This document shows, piece by piece, positions 1 to 10,219 of a DNA stretch of 63,091 bases. The notes beneath the pieces are model-generated. The model ran no database searches. It was not told where the DNA came from and saw only the letters and a program-made list of their open reading frames with translations. The stretch spans positions 28,291,965 through 28,355,055 of the forward strand of contig NC_068984.1 of assembly GCF_001194135.2 (NCBI RefSeq), in the 5' to 3' direction. A program made the translations under genes and the position numbers. The first letter of the stretch is position 1. Each line of letters opens with the position of its first letter. Origin of the DNA: Octopus bimaculoides (taxonomy: Eukaryota).

Positions 1-31
<31 letters not shown>

Positions 32-525
32 TATGTACACGTGTATAAATATGTTGTGTCAATTTATACCGTTTTCAAGAAATCTAGGGTATATTTGTGA
101 TATTTAAATTACTTGCACGATTTATGAAGGACTAATTTAAGTATCTTTTCGTGTCTACGTATTTATATAAATGAAATATATGTGTGTGTGTGCTCACACA
201 CACACACACACACATGCATATTATATATACATACATAGATATGAACATATAGATATATGTGCATGCATGATTATCATCTGTTCACATTCTATTCCGTTTG
301 TGTCTGTATGCATACACATATATATCTGTATGTACCGCTACTTTGATATTAAATCTCTTGTCACGTATTCACTATCTTTTTAGTTTATCAGATGACATTG
401 TCAATTTACCTCTTTCATTTTGTTTGCTACGACGATTTCATTCGCTGAATTTATTTGTTCCGTCTGTCTATGTAAATTTTAACTGCAAATGAATGTCTTA
501 CTATATTACAATATATTAATGGCCT

Positions 526-1102
526 AAGGCGACGAGCTGGCAGAAACGTTAGCACGCCGGGCGAAATGCTTAGCGGTATTTCGTCTGCCGTTACGTTCTG
601 AGTTCAAATTCCGCCGAGGTTGACTTTGCCTTTCATCCTTTCGGGGTCGATAAATCAAGTACCAGTTACGCACTGGGGTCGATGTAATCGNNNNNNNNNN
701 CTTTCATCCTTTCGGGGTCGATAAATCAAGTACCAGTTACGCACTGGGGTCGATGTAATCGACTTAATCCCTTTGTCTGTCCTTGTTTGTCCCCTCTATG
801 TTTAGCCCCTTGTGGGCAATAAAGAAATACGAAACGTTAGCACGCCGGGCGAAATGCTTAGCGGTATTTTTTCTGACTTTATGTTCTGAGTTCAAATTCC
901 GCTGAGATCGACTTTGCCTTTCATCCTTTCGGAGTCGATAAATTTAGTACCTACGCACTGGGATCGATGTAATTGACTTAATCCCTTTGTCTGTCCTTGT
1001 TCGTCTCCTTTATGTTTAGCCCACAGTGCGCAATAAAGAAATACGAAACGTTAGCACGCCGGGCGAAATGCTTAGCGGTATTTTTTCTGACTTTATGTTC
1101 TG
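526..1102 (+). mobile_element. tRNA-derived SINE family A, head-to-tail array (one full copy 526-829, 5'-truncated copy 830-1043, third copy 1044-1102 running into a gap)
   Basis: Head aaggcgacgagctggcagaaacgttagc, B-box-like gagttcaaattcc, central ctttgcctttcatcctttcggggtcgataaa, tail ending aataaagaaata. Units restart at cgaaacgttagcacgccggg at 830 and 1044. Confidence 0.85.
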
Positions 1103-1907
1103 NNNNNNNNNNNNNNNNNNNNNNNNNNNNNNNNNNNNNNNNNNNNNNNNNNNNNNNNNNNNNNNNNNNNNNNNNNNNNNNNNNNNNNNNNNNNNNNNNN
1201 NNNNNNNNNNNNNNNNNNNNNNNNNNNNNNNNNNNNNNNNNNNNNNNNNNNNNNNNNNNNNNNNNNNNNNNNNNNNNNNNNNNNNNNNNNNNNNNNNNNN
1301 NNNNNNNNNNNNNNNNNNNNNNNNNNNNNNNNNNNNNNNNNNNNNNNNNNNNNNNNNNNNNNNNNNNNNNNNNNNNNNNNNNNNNNNNNNNNCTGTCATT
1401 GTATAAACATGAGTGGGGAATATAACATAGGTCGTGTATTAGCGTGTGTATGTATAAAGAGATAAAAAGATAAAGAGACCAATGGCAAAGTTAGAAATAT
1501 ATTTTAACAGCTGTAAGACTTTATCCATAAAATATATTTCTAACTTTGCCATTGGTCTCTTTATATGTATATATATATATATATATATATTGAAGAGCCT
1601 ACAAGAATAGGTGCACGCGCTAATATTTATAAAACATGTGACATTAATAAAAATCTGTAAATGTACAACCATCCAGATATCTGAGTACCTTATTATTTTT
1701 TCCAATATATAATTCCTGTACATCACCTCCAAACCTTCCAATATATATATACACACACATATGAATGAGACTATATAAATGACATATGAATGGTATCAGC
1801 TTAATATTTGGCAGAAGTTTATAACCACATACATTTCCTCTCTGTACTTTTTATATTGAATGCCACATTTTTAACTTTCTCATATATGTGTGTGTGTGTA
1901 CACCTAC

Positions 1908-1962
<55 letters not shown>

Positions 1963-1972
1963 NNNNNNNNNN

Positions 1973-2205
1973 TTTTCTTTATAGTCTCCTTTTTCGAAGC
2001 ACTTGGTCTAGAAGTTCACAAGCTTGCGTATTACCTCCAAGAAGGTTTTTTTTTTTTGTTGGTCATTCAGCCATTTAGGCACTGCTTCGTGCAAATCATC
2101 CGTAGGAAGTCGACGACCACGTAAACCATTTTTGAGTGGTCCAAATATATGATAGACGGAAGGGTTGTAGGCAGGGTGTTCCAGCACCTCAAAACCAAGA
2201 CTGGA
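1973..2205 (-). mobile_element. Mariner transposase C-terminal fragment
   Basis: Minus translation LGFEVLEHPAYNPSVYHIFGPLKNGLRGRR...EAVPKWLNDQ...IRKLV...KCFEKGDY matches the mariner HPPYSPDLAPSDYHLFGPLK region and C-terminus. Confidence 0.85.
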
Positions 2206-3201
2206 TTTAAACCATGGTGGGGCCCGGGGCACTTCAAGTTTGGTGGGCTCCTTATACACAAGAAGTAAAATCTTAGGAAATTACCAAATTTAAATCTCGA
2301 AACTCATCTATTTCATGTAATTGAATTTGATAAATTATCAGAGAAGATTTAAATAATGACTGAGAATGTCGCTTTTAGGTACACTTTTCAAAATTCAAAT
2401 TTCGTCCTTCACACCCACTTGCAATATTTAACTTTTCTTTTATTGTGAAAAGTACAAAGAAGTGAGGAAGAAGGAGTAAGTTTTTTTGTTAATGCGAGTT
2501 ACAAATGTTTCAGAATGTGGAATAATACAGCATGACAGAAAATTACGAAAAAGGAAAAACATCATTTTTGTGGTTGTTACTGTTCTAAACGCATGATGTG
2601 TGTGTGTGTGTGTGAGGGGTGGGTAGAGACACCAATATTTAAAAGACATGGATTCTTCTTTTAAAACGATTTCTCTTCATTGTTTTGCTTTGCAATGCGT
2701 GAAAACAGAAAGTGGGGGAAAATCCTGATAAAACTAGAAAAATTCAAGCAGCTATTTCCGAAAGTCTGTGGAGCACAGTGAGTAATATTTTCGGCATTTT
2801 TGACTTCGAAAAATATATTTTTTACAAATGTTCCCTACTTTGCAAAAACTATATCAGCAGTATAGTTAGTTAGACAAGTAAGACCACGACTATCAATGAC
2901 CGTCTACTTCGTACTCTCTCTATATATACTGTTAATTAATTGTAACCCTGATGAGTTCAATGTTTTCTTAGGTTATTTTGTTGTGGAACCGTTAAACAGT
3001 TGTTCATGAATGTGCAGAACCCACATCTACGTTTTGCGGACACCCTTACCATAGCTTTAATTTTATTAAACCATTAAATAAAATAAAAGTAGTTATGGTA
3101 AAAGAAATTATTCAACTTACTTTGAAATGGGGAATACCGTTCTCTTTAATTTATAAACTTTCATTAGATTTTATTACAGGAACTCTGTCATATCGAAAAA
3201 C

Positions 3202-3787
3202 CTCGGATTTTTTGCAAAGAATAAAGTACCCCGTCCTCTTAATGCGCCGCAAAAGCCCTTATTTTTATTCTGGAAAAAAAGATGAGGATCCCCGGAATCA
3301 TTGCAAAATGCATGTTTGTTTGTTTTTTGTTTTTTTTTCGTTGAATGAATTATGGTGGCCTCCTAATATACTACAAAATACCTTTTTTTTTTGTCCGGAT
3401 TTTACAGAAATACGTTTTCGAGAGTGTGGATTACATAGTTCATTATTAAATAAATATTTACCAGATGGTATTATATGAATTAATGTTAACATTTATATTA
3501 TGGATGTTTTATGCTAAAAATATCTTTTCTGAAGTCGTAGACTACGAAATATAGTCTGTATTCCTGTAAAATGTTGGGGGTGGGGGCGGGTGAAATTTCT
3601 GAGGGTTCCACCCCATCCCCCGTTTTCCAGACCATATTAGGAGGCCACCGTAATTCATTCAATGAAAAAAAAATTTTCAATGATTCCGAGATGGTAGAAG
3701 GGCTCCGATTTCCAACCTACCCCTTTCTTCTGAAAAAATATGGGAGTTTGCGATACAACATACTTGATTCCATGCAAAAATTCCGAG
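3202..3787. mobile_element. Fold-back/MITE-like element with long imperfect inverted arms
   Basis: Arm ~3202-3370 is the reverse complement of ~3633-3787 (ttgaatgaattatggtggcctcctaatat vs atattaggaggccaccgtaattcattcaa; ctcggattttttgca vs tgcaaaaattccgag). Confidence 0.6.
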
Positions 3788-3850
3788 TGAAACGCGTGCG
3801 GGTATACTTCCCAAAATTTAGTGAAGTTTGTACTTGGAGGGGGAGGAGAA

Positions 3851-4090
3851 GACTGTTATTTCTAGCATCTCATGTTGGTTTGCTTGTAGCTTTTAAATAT
3901 TTAATTTGCTCGCGAATGTTTTAATGTTTTTCACTGTTTTCATTGTTTACTTTGCTCATGTATATTTTAACGTTTTGACTGTTATTTCTAGCAACTCCTG
4001 TTGGTTAGCTCGTAGCTTTCAAATGATTAATTTGCACATGAATCTTTTAGTGTTTTTCATTGTTTACTGTAACTAGTTTTATGTTTTGAC
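3851..4090. repeat. Imperfect ~126-bp tandem duplication
   Basis: gactgttatttctagca...ttggtt...gtagcttt...taatttgc...ttcattgtttact starts at both 3851 and 3977. Confidence 0.75.
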
Positions 4091-5054
4091 ATACCGTGCC
4101 CCCCCTTCTCACTACTGTGATAAATGATGGAAGAGGTAGCAAACACGCTCTTTTCTGATTGGCTGAAAATTTTGAAAATTATCAAATTTAAACACCTGTA
4201 ACATTTTTGCAAAAGTTTTCTAAAATAAATGAATAACAAACTCGGATTCAGTGTCAAAAATTACATCTATATAATACGTTAAAATTTATTTTTTAAGATT
4301 TTGACATGCAGTGATGATAACCACAAAGATCTTTGTGGTAATTCTAAAGCAGAAAAAAAAAGCTCTGAGCTGTTGAGAGATGTAATTTTATAATTAAAAC
4401 TAAATTCAAAATTTAAATTTTGGAACGTATATACAATACTTGATCTTTCCTAAAATAAGACCAGTTTTCAATGCCTCACTGAAATAATGAAATTTACAAT
4501 AGCAACATATGTGTATGCCTATTTATGTGTGTGTGTGTGTGTCTTTAATGGCCAGTGATCAATCTGAGGTTACTGTGCTCAGTCAAGTATTGAAAAAAGG
4601 TATTTGAACTAGAGATGATAACTTCTTTCTATCAATCTCATTATCTATCTTTATATAAACCCATACCCTCTCACACACATACACAAACACACACTCACAG
4701 ATACATACATACATTTTTTTGGAGTCTTTTGTTGCTTTCTGTCAATGTTCCAAAAGTAACTACAATTAATTCCCATGGGGATTGTGGCTGCTTTTGAAAT
4801 GAGTAGCAAAGTGTTTTTTAATTGAATGACTTGATGTCACTAATGTAGTTAAAACTGGTTATTTATCAAAAAAGAGGGTTCGTTATATTTTTTACAATAT
4901 GCTTGTTTATTGAAAGAGAGCCTCTTTATGCAAGATTGCTGAGAGATGGAGGCCCTTCTATATTGAGTGCTACATACCCTTCATAGCAGGATGGCCCTTT
5001 ATCCATAGATGTCCGGGGCAACTTCCCTTTTCAACCTCCTATAAATCCAGCCCT

Positions 5055-5460
5055 ACTCCAAACCCAATTGGTTAATGGTTTCAACGGTCTTGGCAACCGT
5101 GTGTGAATGTACATTGTCATGCAACAACAATAGGCTTCGGCTTTTGGTGCGAATTGCTGGCTTCAGTTTGTTGGCCAGCAAAGCACTGTAGCTTGCACTG
5201 TTCATCGTACACTCTTTTTCCAGATAGTCTTTTGAGTCCTAAAAGAGGGTTAGCGTCATCAAGGGTGATTTGATCGGCAGAACCATGACTACTCTGCAGA
5301 GAACGAGGTACCTCATCGATGATAACTCACCGATTGACCATTACCGTCTCTAGAGCTTGCTGAATCTTCTCGTCAGTGGTGGAGGTTGACGGGCATCCTG
5401 CTCCCTCTTTGTGCGTCACATTTTCGGCCACTTTTAAACTTCTCGATCCACTCATACACA
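5055..5460 (-). mobile_element. Internally deleted mariner transposase remnant
   Basis: With frameshifts: VYEWIEKFKSGR, STTDEKIQQ, SLQSSHGSA, then a jump to LTLF*DSKDYLEKECTMNSASYSALLANKLKPAIRTK...LLLHDN...TVETINQLGLE. Confidence 0.8.
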
Positions 5461-5575
5461 CCTTTCATCTTTTTGGGGTCAATAAATTAAGTACCACTTG
5501 CATACTGGGGTCGATCTAATCGACTGGCCTCCTCCCCCAAAATTTTGGGACTTGTGCCTAGAGTAGAAAAGAATA
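5461..5575 (+). mobile_element. SINE family A, 5'-truncated (central domain plus tail type 2)
   Basis: cctttcatcttttgggggtcaataaattaagtacc-like core, then ctggggtcgatctaatcgactggcc and a tail ending ctagagtagaaaagaata. Confidence 0.8.
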
Positions 5576-5950
5576 TGCTCAGTTGAAAGCGAGGACCATC
5601 TGACAGTTTTTTTATTGTTGTTTTTTGTGTTGTTACAAATGTGATGGCATTTTAAAAAAGAAATACTTATAGGACAAAATGCCATCATAAATAATTTTTT
5701 TTGTCTCTATCCTCAGCTTTAATCTTGCTAGGACTGACCCTGCCCTTCTTTTAACATTACCTTTGTTATTCCTTCCTCCAGGGCTATTTGCCTTTCATCA
5801 TTTCAATAACAATTAAATAGGCACCCGAATCAATTTCTAACCTTGTGTTAACCAAAGAAATCTTTATTGTTATAAAATGTGATTGAGTAGCAGAAAATCA
5901 AATTATTTAGTTTTAATTCGTTTCTGTTCGGTGTTTAAACCCTGTTGGCA

Positions 5951-6280
5951 TCATCCATATTTTATATACTTCCTCGAGAAAGACACAACCTCAATCATGA
6001 GTTCTCTAGTGATGAAAACATTACAATTATCATTACATGCATCATTTTTGTTTTTTAATGGATTAGTGAGACAAGTTAGGACAGCAACTATGGCATTTAC
6101 AATGTCTTCATTATTACTGAGAAGAAGGGATAAAAATTTTCCTGGGATGGAGAGCTAGTTTGAATGCTTGCAATGGAGTGTTCTCTGCTAAAGACAGCCA
6201 AGTGCAAGGTGATGTGAAACTCAATAACTGATTAAGTTTATCACTGAAATTTATTAAGGTATGTAGTTCAATCACAGCAT
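5951..6280 (-). CDS. Candidate exon or pseudo-exon encoding an alpha-helical ARM/HEAT-like segment, weakly like the RME-8/DNAJC13 N-terminal region; frameshift or internal acceptor near 6150
   Basis: Acceptor taattttatcattttag|AT at 6280. Frame 1: AVIELHTLINFSDKLNQLLSFTSPCTWLSLAENTPLQAFKLAL. Frame 2 from 6154: LSIPGKFLSLLLSNNEDIVNAIVAVLTCLTNPLKNKNDACNDNCNVFITRELMIEVVSFSRKYIKYG*. Confidence 0.3.
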
Positions 6281-6815
6281 CTAAAATGATAAAATTAACT
6301 TCAATTAATGATTCTGGGAAAGGTATATCCAACACATGACCAATACTATTCACCTTTCCACATACCTCAAAGAAATTCATATTAGATTACAAAATCATTA
6401 CTAATGCAATTTAGTGATAGAACTAATGTAATTTAGTATTGTAAGGAGATGACAAAAATAATTTTCAAAAGAAGGGATAGTTGTGAATGACTATCAAATG
6501 ATAGAAAATTGAAGAGGAAAATTACACAACTTCTATATTATGAAGTGTCTTCACTGAACTAATGTATGATCTTTCTAAAATTTATTACATTACTAATGGT
6601 TCTAATAAAGCAATTTTCTTTTCTTTACATAAACTCCTTTGCATCCAATCATTTAATTTCAAAAGAAATGCAATAATTTAACTCAAATATAGGACTTAGT
6701 TTTATCATATTTTCCTTTTACAGCTAATGTAAAATGAGTTCAATACCTGTGAATATGATCTTAATGACTTCATAAAATCTTACATATTCAAATGGAGAAA
6801 TGCAATATATACATA

Positions 6816-7366
6816 CCCCTCATTCATTGGACAATAAACTTTGCTTGCAAAGACCTATTGAGGCAAGTGAAATCAAATCAAAATAACATGGCCGATGACA
6901 GTACCGCCTGATTGGCACTTATGCCAGTGGAACGTTAAAAGCACATCCAAGCGTGCTCGTTGCCAGGCCCGTGGATTGGCTCCTGTGCCGGTGGCACATA
7001 AAAAGCACCGTTCAAGTGTGATTGTTGCCAGAATCGCCTTACTGGCACATGTGCCGGTGGCACGTGAAAAACAACATTCAAGCGTGGTCGTTGCCAGTAC
7101 CAGAGGACTGGCTCCCATGCAGGCAGCATGTAAAAAACACCTTTTGAGCGTAGTCATTGCCAGAACCGCCTGACTGGCCCTCATGCTGGTGGCACGTAAA
7201 AACACCCACTACACTCTCGGAGTGGTTGGTGTTAGGAAGGGCATCTAGCTGTAGAAACTTTGCCAGATCAAACTGAACCTGCTGCAGCCTTCTGGCTCAC
7301 CAGTCCTCAGTCAAACCGTCCAACCCATGCCAGCATGGAAAGTGTACGTTAAATGACAGTAATGAT
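6816..7366 (+). mobile_element. RTE-clade LINE 3' UTR, 5'-truncated, with five ~65-bp internal units
   Basis: Colinear with 51090-51710, which is joined to RTE coding sequence. Ends ...caacccatgccagcatggaaag..gttaaatga. Confidence 0.85.
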
Positions 7367-9258
7367 ATATACATGTACGTATGTATATATCTTTTGCTCT
7401 TCTTTTATATTTATGCCACACGTGGAACCAATCCTTGAGTTGTATCTATGATATATACTAGGATCTGCTACCCAAATGAATACATACCTGCAGTACACTG
7501 TCAACAAATGCAGCTGGTGGTTCTTTACCTTACTGTAAACACAATGCTTTGGTACCAAGCCAGTCTTAGTGCCTACTTGTTGATATGCCTAGATTTTAAT
7601 GCATCCTTCACTTAACCTGCATGACTTCACATGACCTGCTATGTATTCTGAGTTTCTCTGAAATTAATAATATCCATTTCTAACATAGGCACAAGGCAAC
7701 CAATTTGAGAGAGGGTATTTTTAATTATATCAATTCCTGTAAATAAATGGTACATACCTCATCAACCTCAGAAATATGAACTGTAAAATAGACACTAGCA
7801 GCCTTTGTACTCTGGATATAAAAAGATGGACAATTCTTATCATCATCATTTTACATCCACTTTTGATGCTAGTATGAATTAGATAAATTTTTCGAGATAG
7901 TGTTTTACAGCCAGCTGCTCTTCTTTGTTACAACTCCTTCAGTCACTTCTCATAACAAACAGGAATGTTGTGTTTCTCTCATAAAATCAAGAGAGACATA
8001 GTAAATATAACTAAACACCAAAAAGCATTTTGTCTCCCTTTCATCTGACTTAGTCAATACACTTCATTCCTTCTCAGGTCAGTAATAAAAATAGCAATCT
8101 ACTGGAGTTGATTCTATCCTTGTAGTTCCTGTTGCAGAAATTGTGTCATATCAAGAAGAAGAAAAAACCCCACTATATTGTTAACATCATTGAATGTATA
8201 TCTTCTTTAGTTGTATGTGTTTTAAAAGTCTTGAAATTGTTGAAATTACTGTCTTTTATTATATATAGATCCTTATTTACAAATTCCATATAGATCTTCT
8301 GTGCATTATGGCTCAAAAATCTTCAAACTAGAAATATCAATATTCCTCATCACTAAGCTCAAAAGTATGAATTTTCATTTACAACATGGCACCAAAACAC
8401 AAAAGCTCCATCAATCTCACAAATCTAAACTAGAAATCAAGATTCTTAGTCATATTTATACTTCTAATTTTGCAGTCAGTTTGTTTCTATATTTTACATG
8501 TGTATTGTTTTTTTTAATATCTACTGTTAATTCATTATGTGATGAAAAGCTGAATATTAGGCAATTTGGCTTTATGATGGTGAATTTTAAAATGCATTTC
8601 AATCTTTTATTCAAGTTAAAACTCAGTATTACAAAGAAAAAATGTGCCCTCTTAATGCAAATATATCCATATTATAAGCCAGAGAAAAATATTGTTGTTG
8701 TTTTGGGTTTGTTTTTTAGTGCATAGATTTAGAAAAGTTTTTATTGGAGAAATATTTCACTAAATTTTGTATGAGTTCCATTCAAAAATGTTGTTATAGT
8801 TAAATCTATTAACTGGAATCCAACAGATTTGAATCCTTTTGAGAAACAAGTCTTTGATGATTTCTCTCAATCATAGACTGTATGTGGTCATGCCAACAGT
8901 TTCTACTTTATTTGAAGGAAAATGTGAATAGCTGTGTCAAAAGTCAGTTAGAAATATAGCTGTAATTTCATTTAAGCATAAAGGATAGCAGAATAGAATA
9001 TGGAGATTTTTATTTTCTCAAAGAATTTGTATTCTAAATGTCTCTGGAAAATATTGCCTAATCCAATAACATTTACAAATAACTCTGAACAAATTCTGAA
9101 ATAAATGGGTTCTTTTAATAATAGCTAATCAGCAATAATTAATAATCAACACATTAAGAATTAGATGAATATATCATTAGCCCAGATGATCTAATAGCTA
9201 ATATCCTTTAAGTAATTTTTTTAAAGCATTTTCTCTTCCTGGTTATAAATAAAAATAG

Positions 9259-9337
9259 ATATACAGAATTTCATCCATATGTATTTAGTCTCCTAAGGTA
9301 TGGAGACTAAATATGTTATGGATGAAATTCTGTATAT
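9259..9337 (+). ncRNA. Long near-perfect hairpin (pre-miRNA-like or MITE relic)
   Basis: 21-bp perfect stem (9259-9279/9317-9337), a small internal loop, a 12-bp perfect stem (9282-9293/9302-9313) and an 8-nt loop taaggtat. Confidence 0.25.
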
Positions 9338-9691
9338 TTAAATCTTATATGTATGGATGAAATGTCATAGATATGACATTGTTCCAATGTCCCAAATTCA
9401 TATATGCTTAGAGGTGTTGATCTCTAAGGCAATGAATAATTTTTATTTCATGCCTCAAAGAGCAACAGAAATTACTTGAATGTTGCACCATTATTTTTTT
9501 TATATTTAAAGTTATATTCTATATATATTATGATTTTGGTATCTCTGTCAGAGAAGACATTAAGCAAAATATAAACTGTCTGCAAGAAGACATTGTCTCA
9601 CAGGAAAGAATGGGTGGTTATTTTGGGAACATTACTGATTTCTGGTATCAAGATTATGAAATGTGTTTGCTTCGTACCACACTTATTTTAC

Positions 9692-9746
9692 CAATCAACT
9701 AATCCTTGATTTTTGAAATATGGAACAGTTTTACTGCCAGCATCAC
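9692..9746 (-). CDS. Candidate small internal exon GDAGSKTVPYFKNQGLVDW
   Basis: CT-rich tract then gactattcag| acceptor and GATTG|gtaaaa donor. 55 nt, open, phase 1 in and phase 2 out. No homologue recognised. Confidence 0.2.
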
Positions 9747-10219
9747 CTGAATAGTCATGCAGTGTGTGAGAGAGAGAGTGTGTGAGAGAGAGAGAGAGAG
9801 AGAGTGTGTGTGTGTGTGTGCACATGTCATACACCATATTTATGCATCTGAGACTAAAAACCAATTCCAATGCTAATCACTTTCTTGCCGCATTGTACAT
9901 TGATATAAAGTAAATTCATGAGTATCTATGTTTAGATGTGTATAACTACATGGTCGTACATGAATATTTGAATAGCTATCCTGCTACCTGTCTATAAGAT
10001 GTGTGTGTGCGTGTGTGCGTGTGTGATGATTATTATCTTCAATATCATTTAATGTCCAGCTTCCATACTGGACAGAATCTGATCAGTTGAAGAGCAATGT
10101 GTTGTTGTAGCATTAATACCAGTAATATTTTCTTTCCAAAATACATTCACACATATACATATATGGAGCTGAATCAAACCATTTTAAATAATATATATAT
10201 ATATATATGTGTGTGTGTG

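Noticed and set aside
628-760. Perfect ~60-bp duplication either side of the 10-N gap
   Set aside because: This is the typical signature of an unmerged contig overlap, not biology.
6873-7205. ORFs with repeated motifs such as VIVARIALLAHVPVA (also 51268-51647, 20452-20688, 36932-37135)
   Set aside because: They are readings of the non-coding 65-bp UTR units downstream of the RTE stop; frames are not preserved between copies.
6895-7205. Regularly spaced palindromic units resembling a CRISPR array
   Set aside because: The whole 65-bp unit is homologous with no unique spacers, there are no cas genes, and it lies in a eukaryotic LINE 3' UTR.
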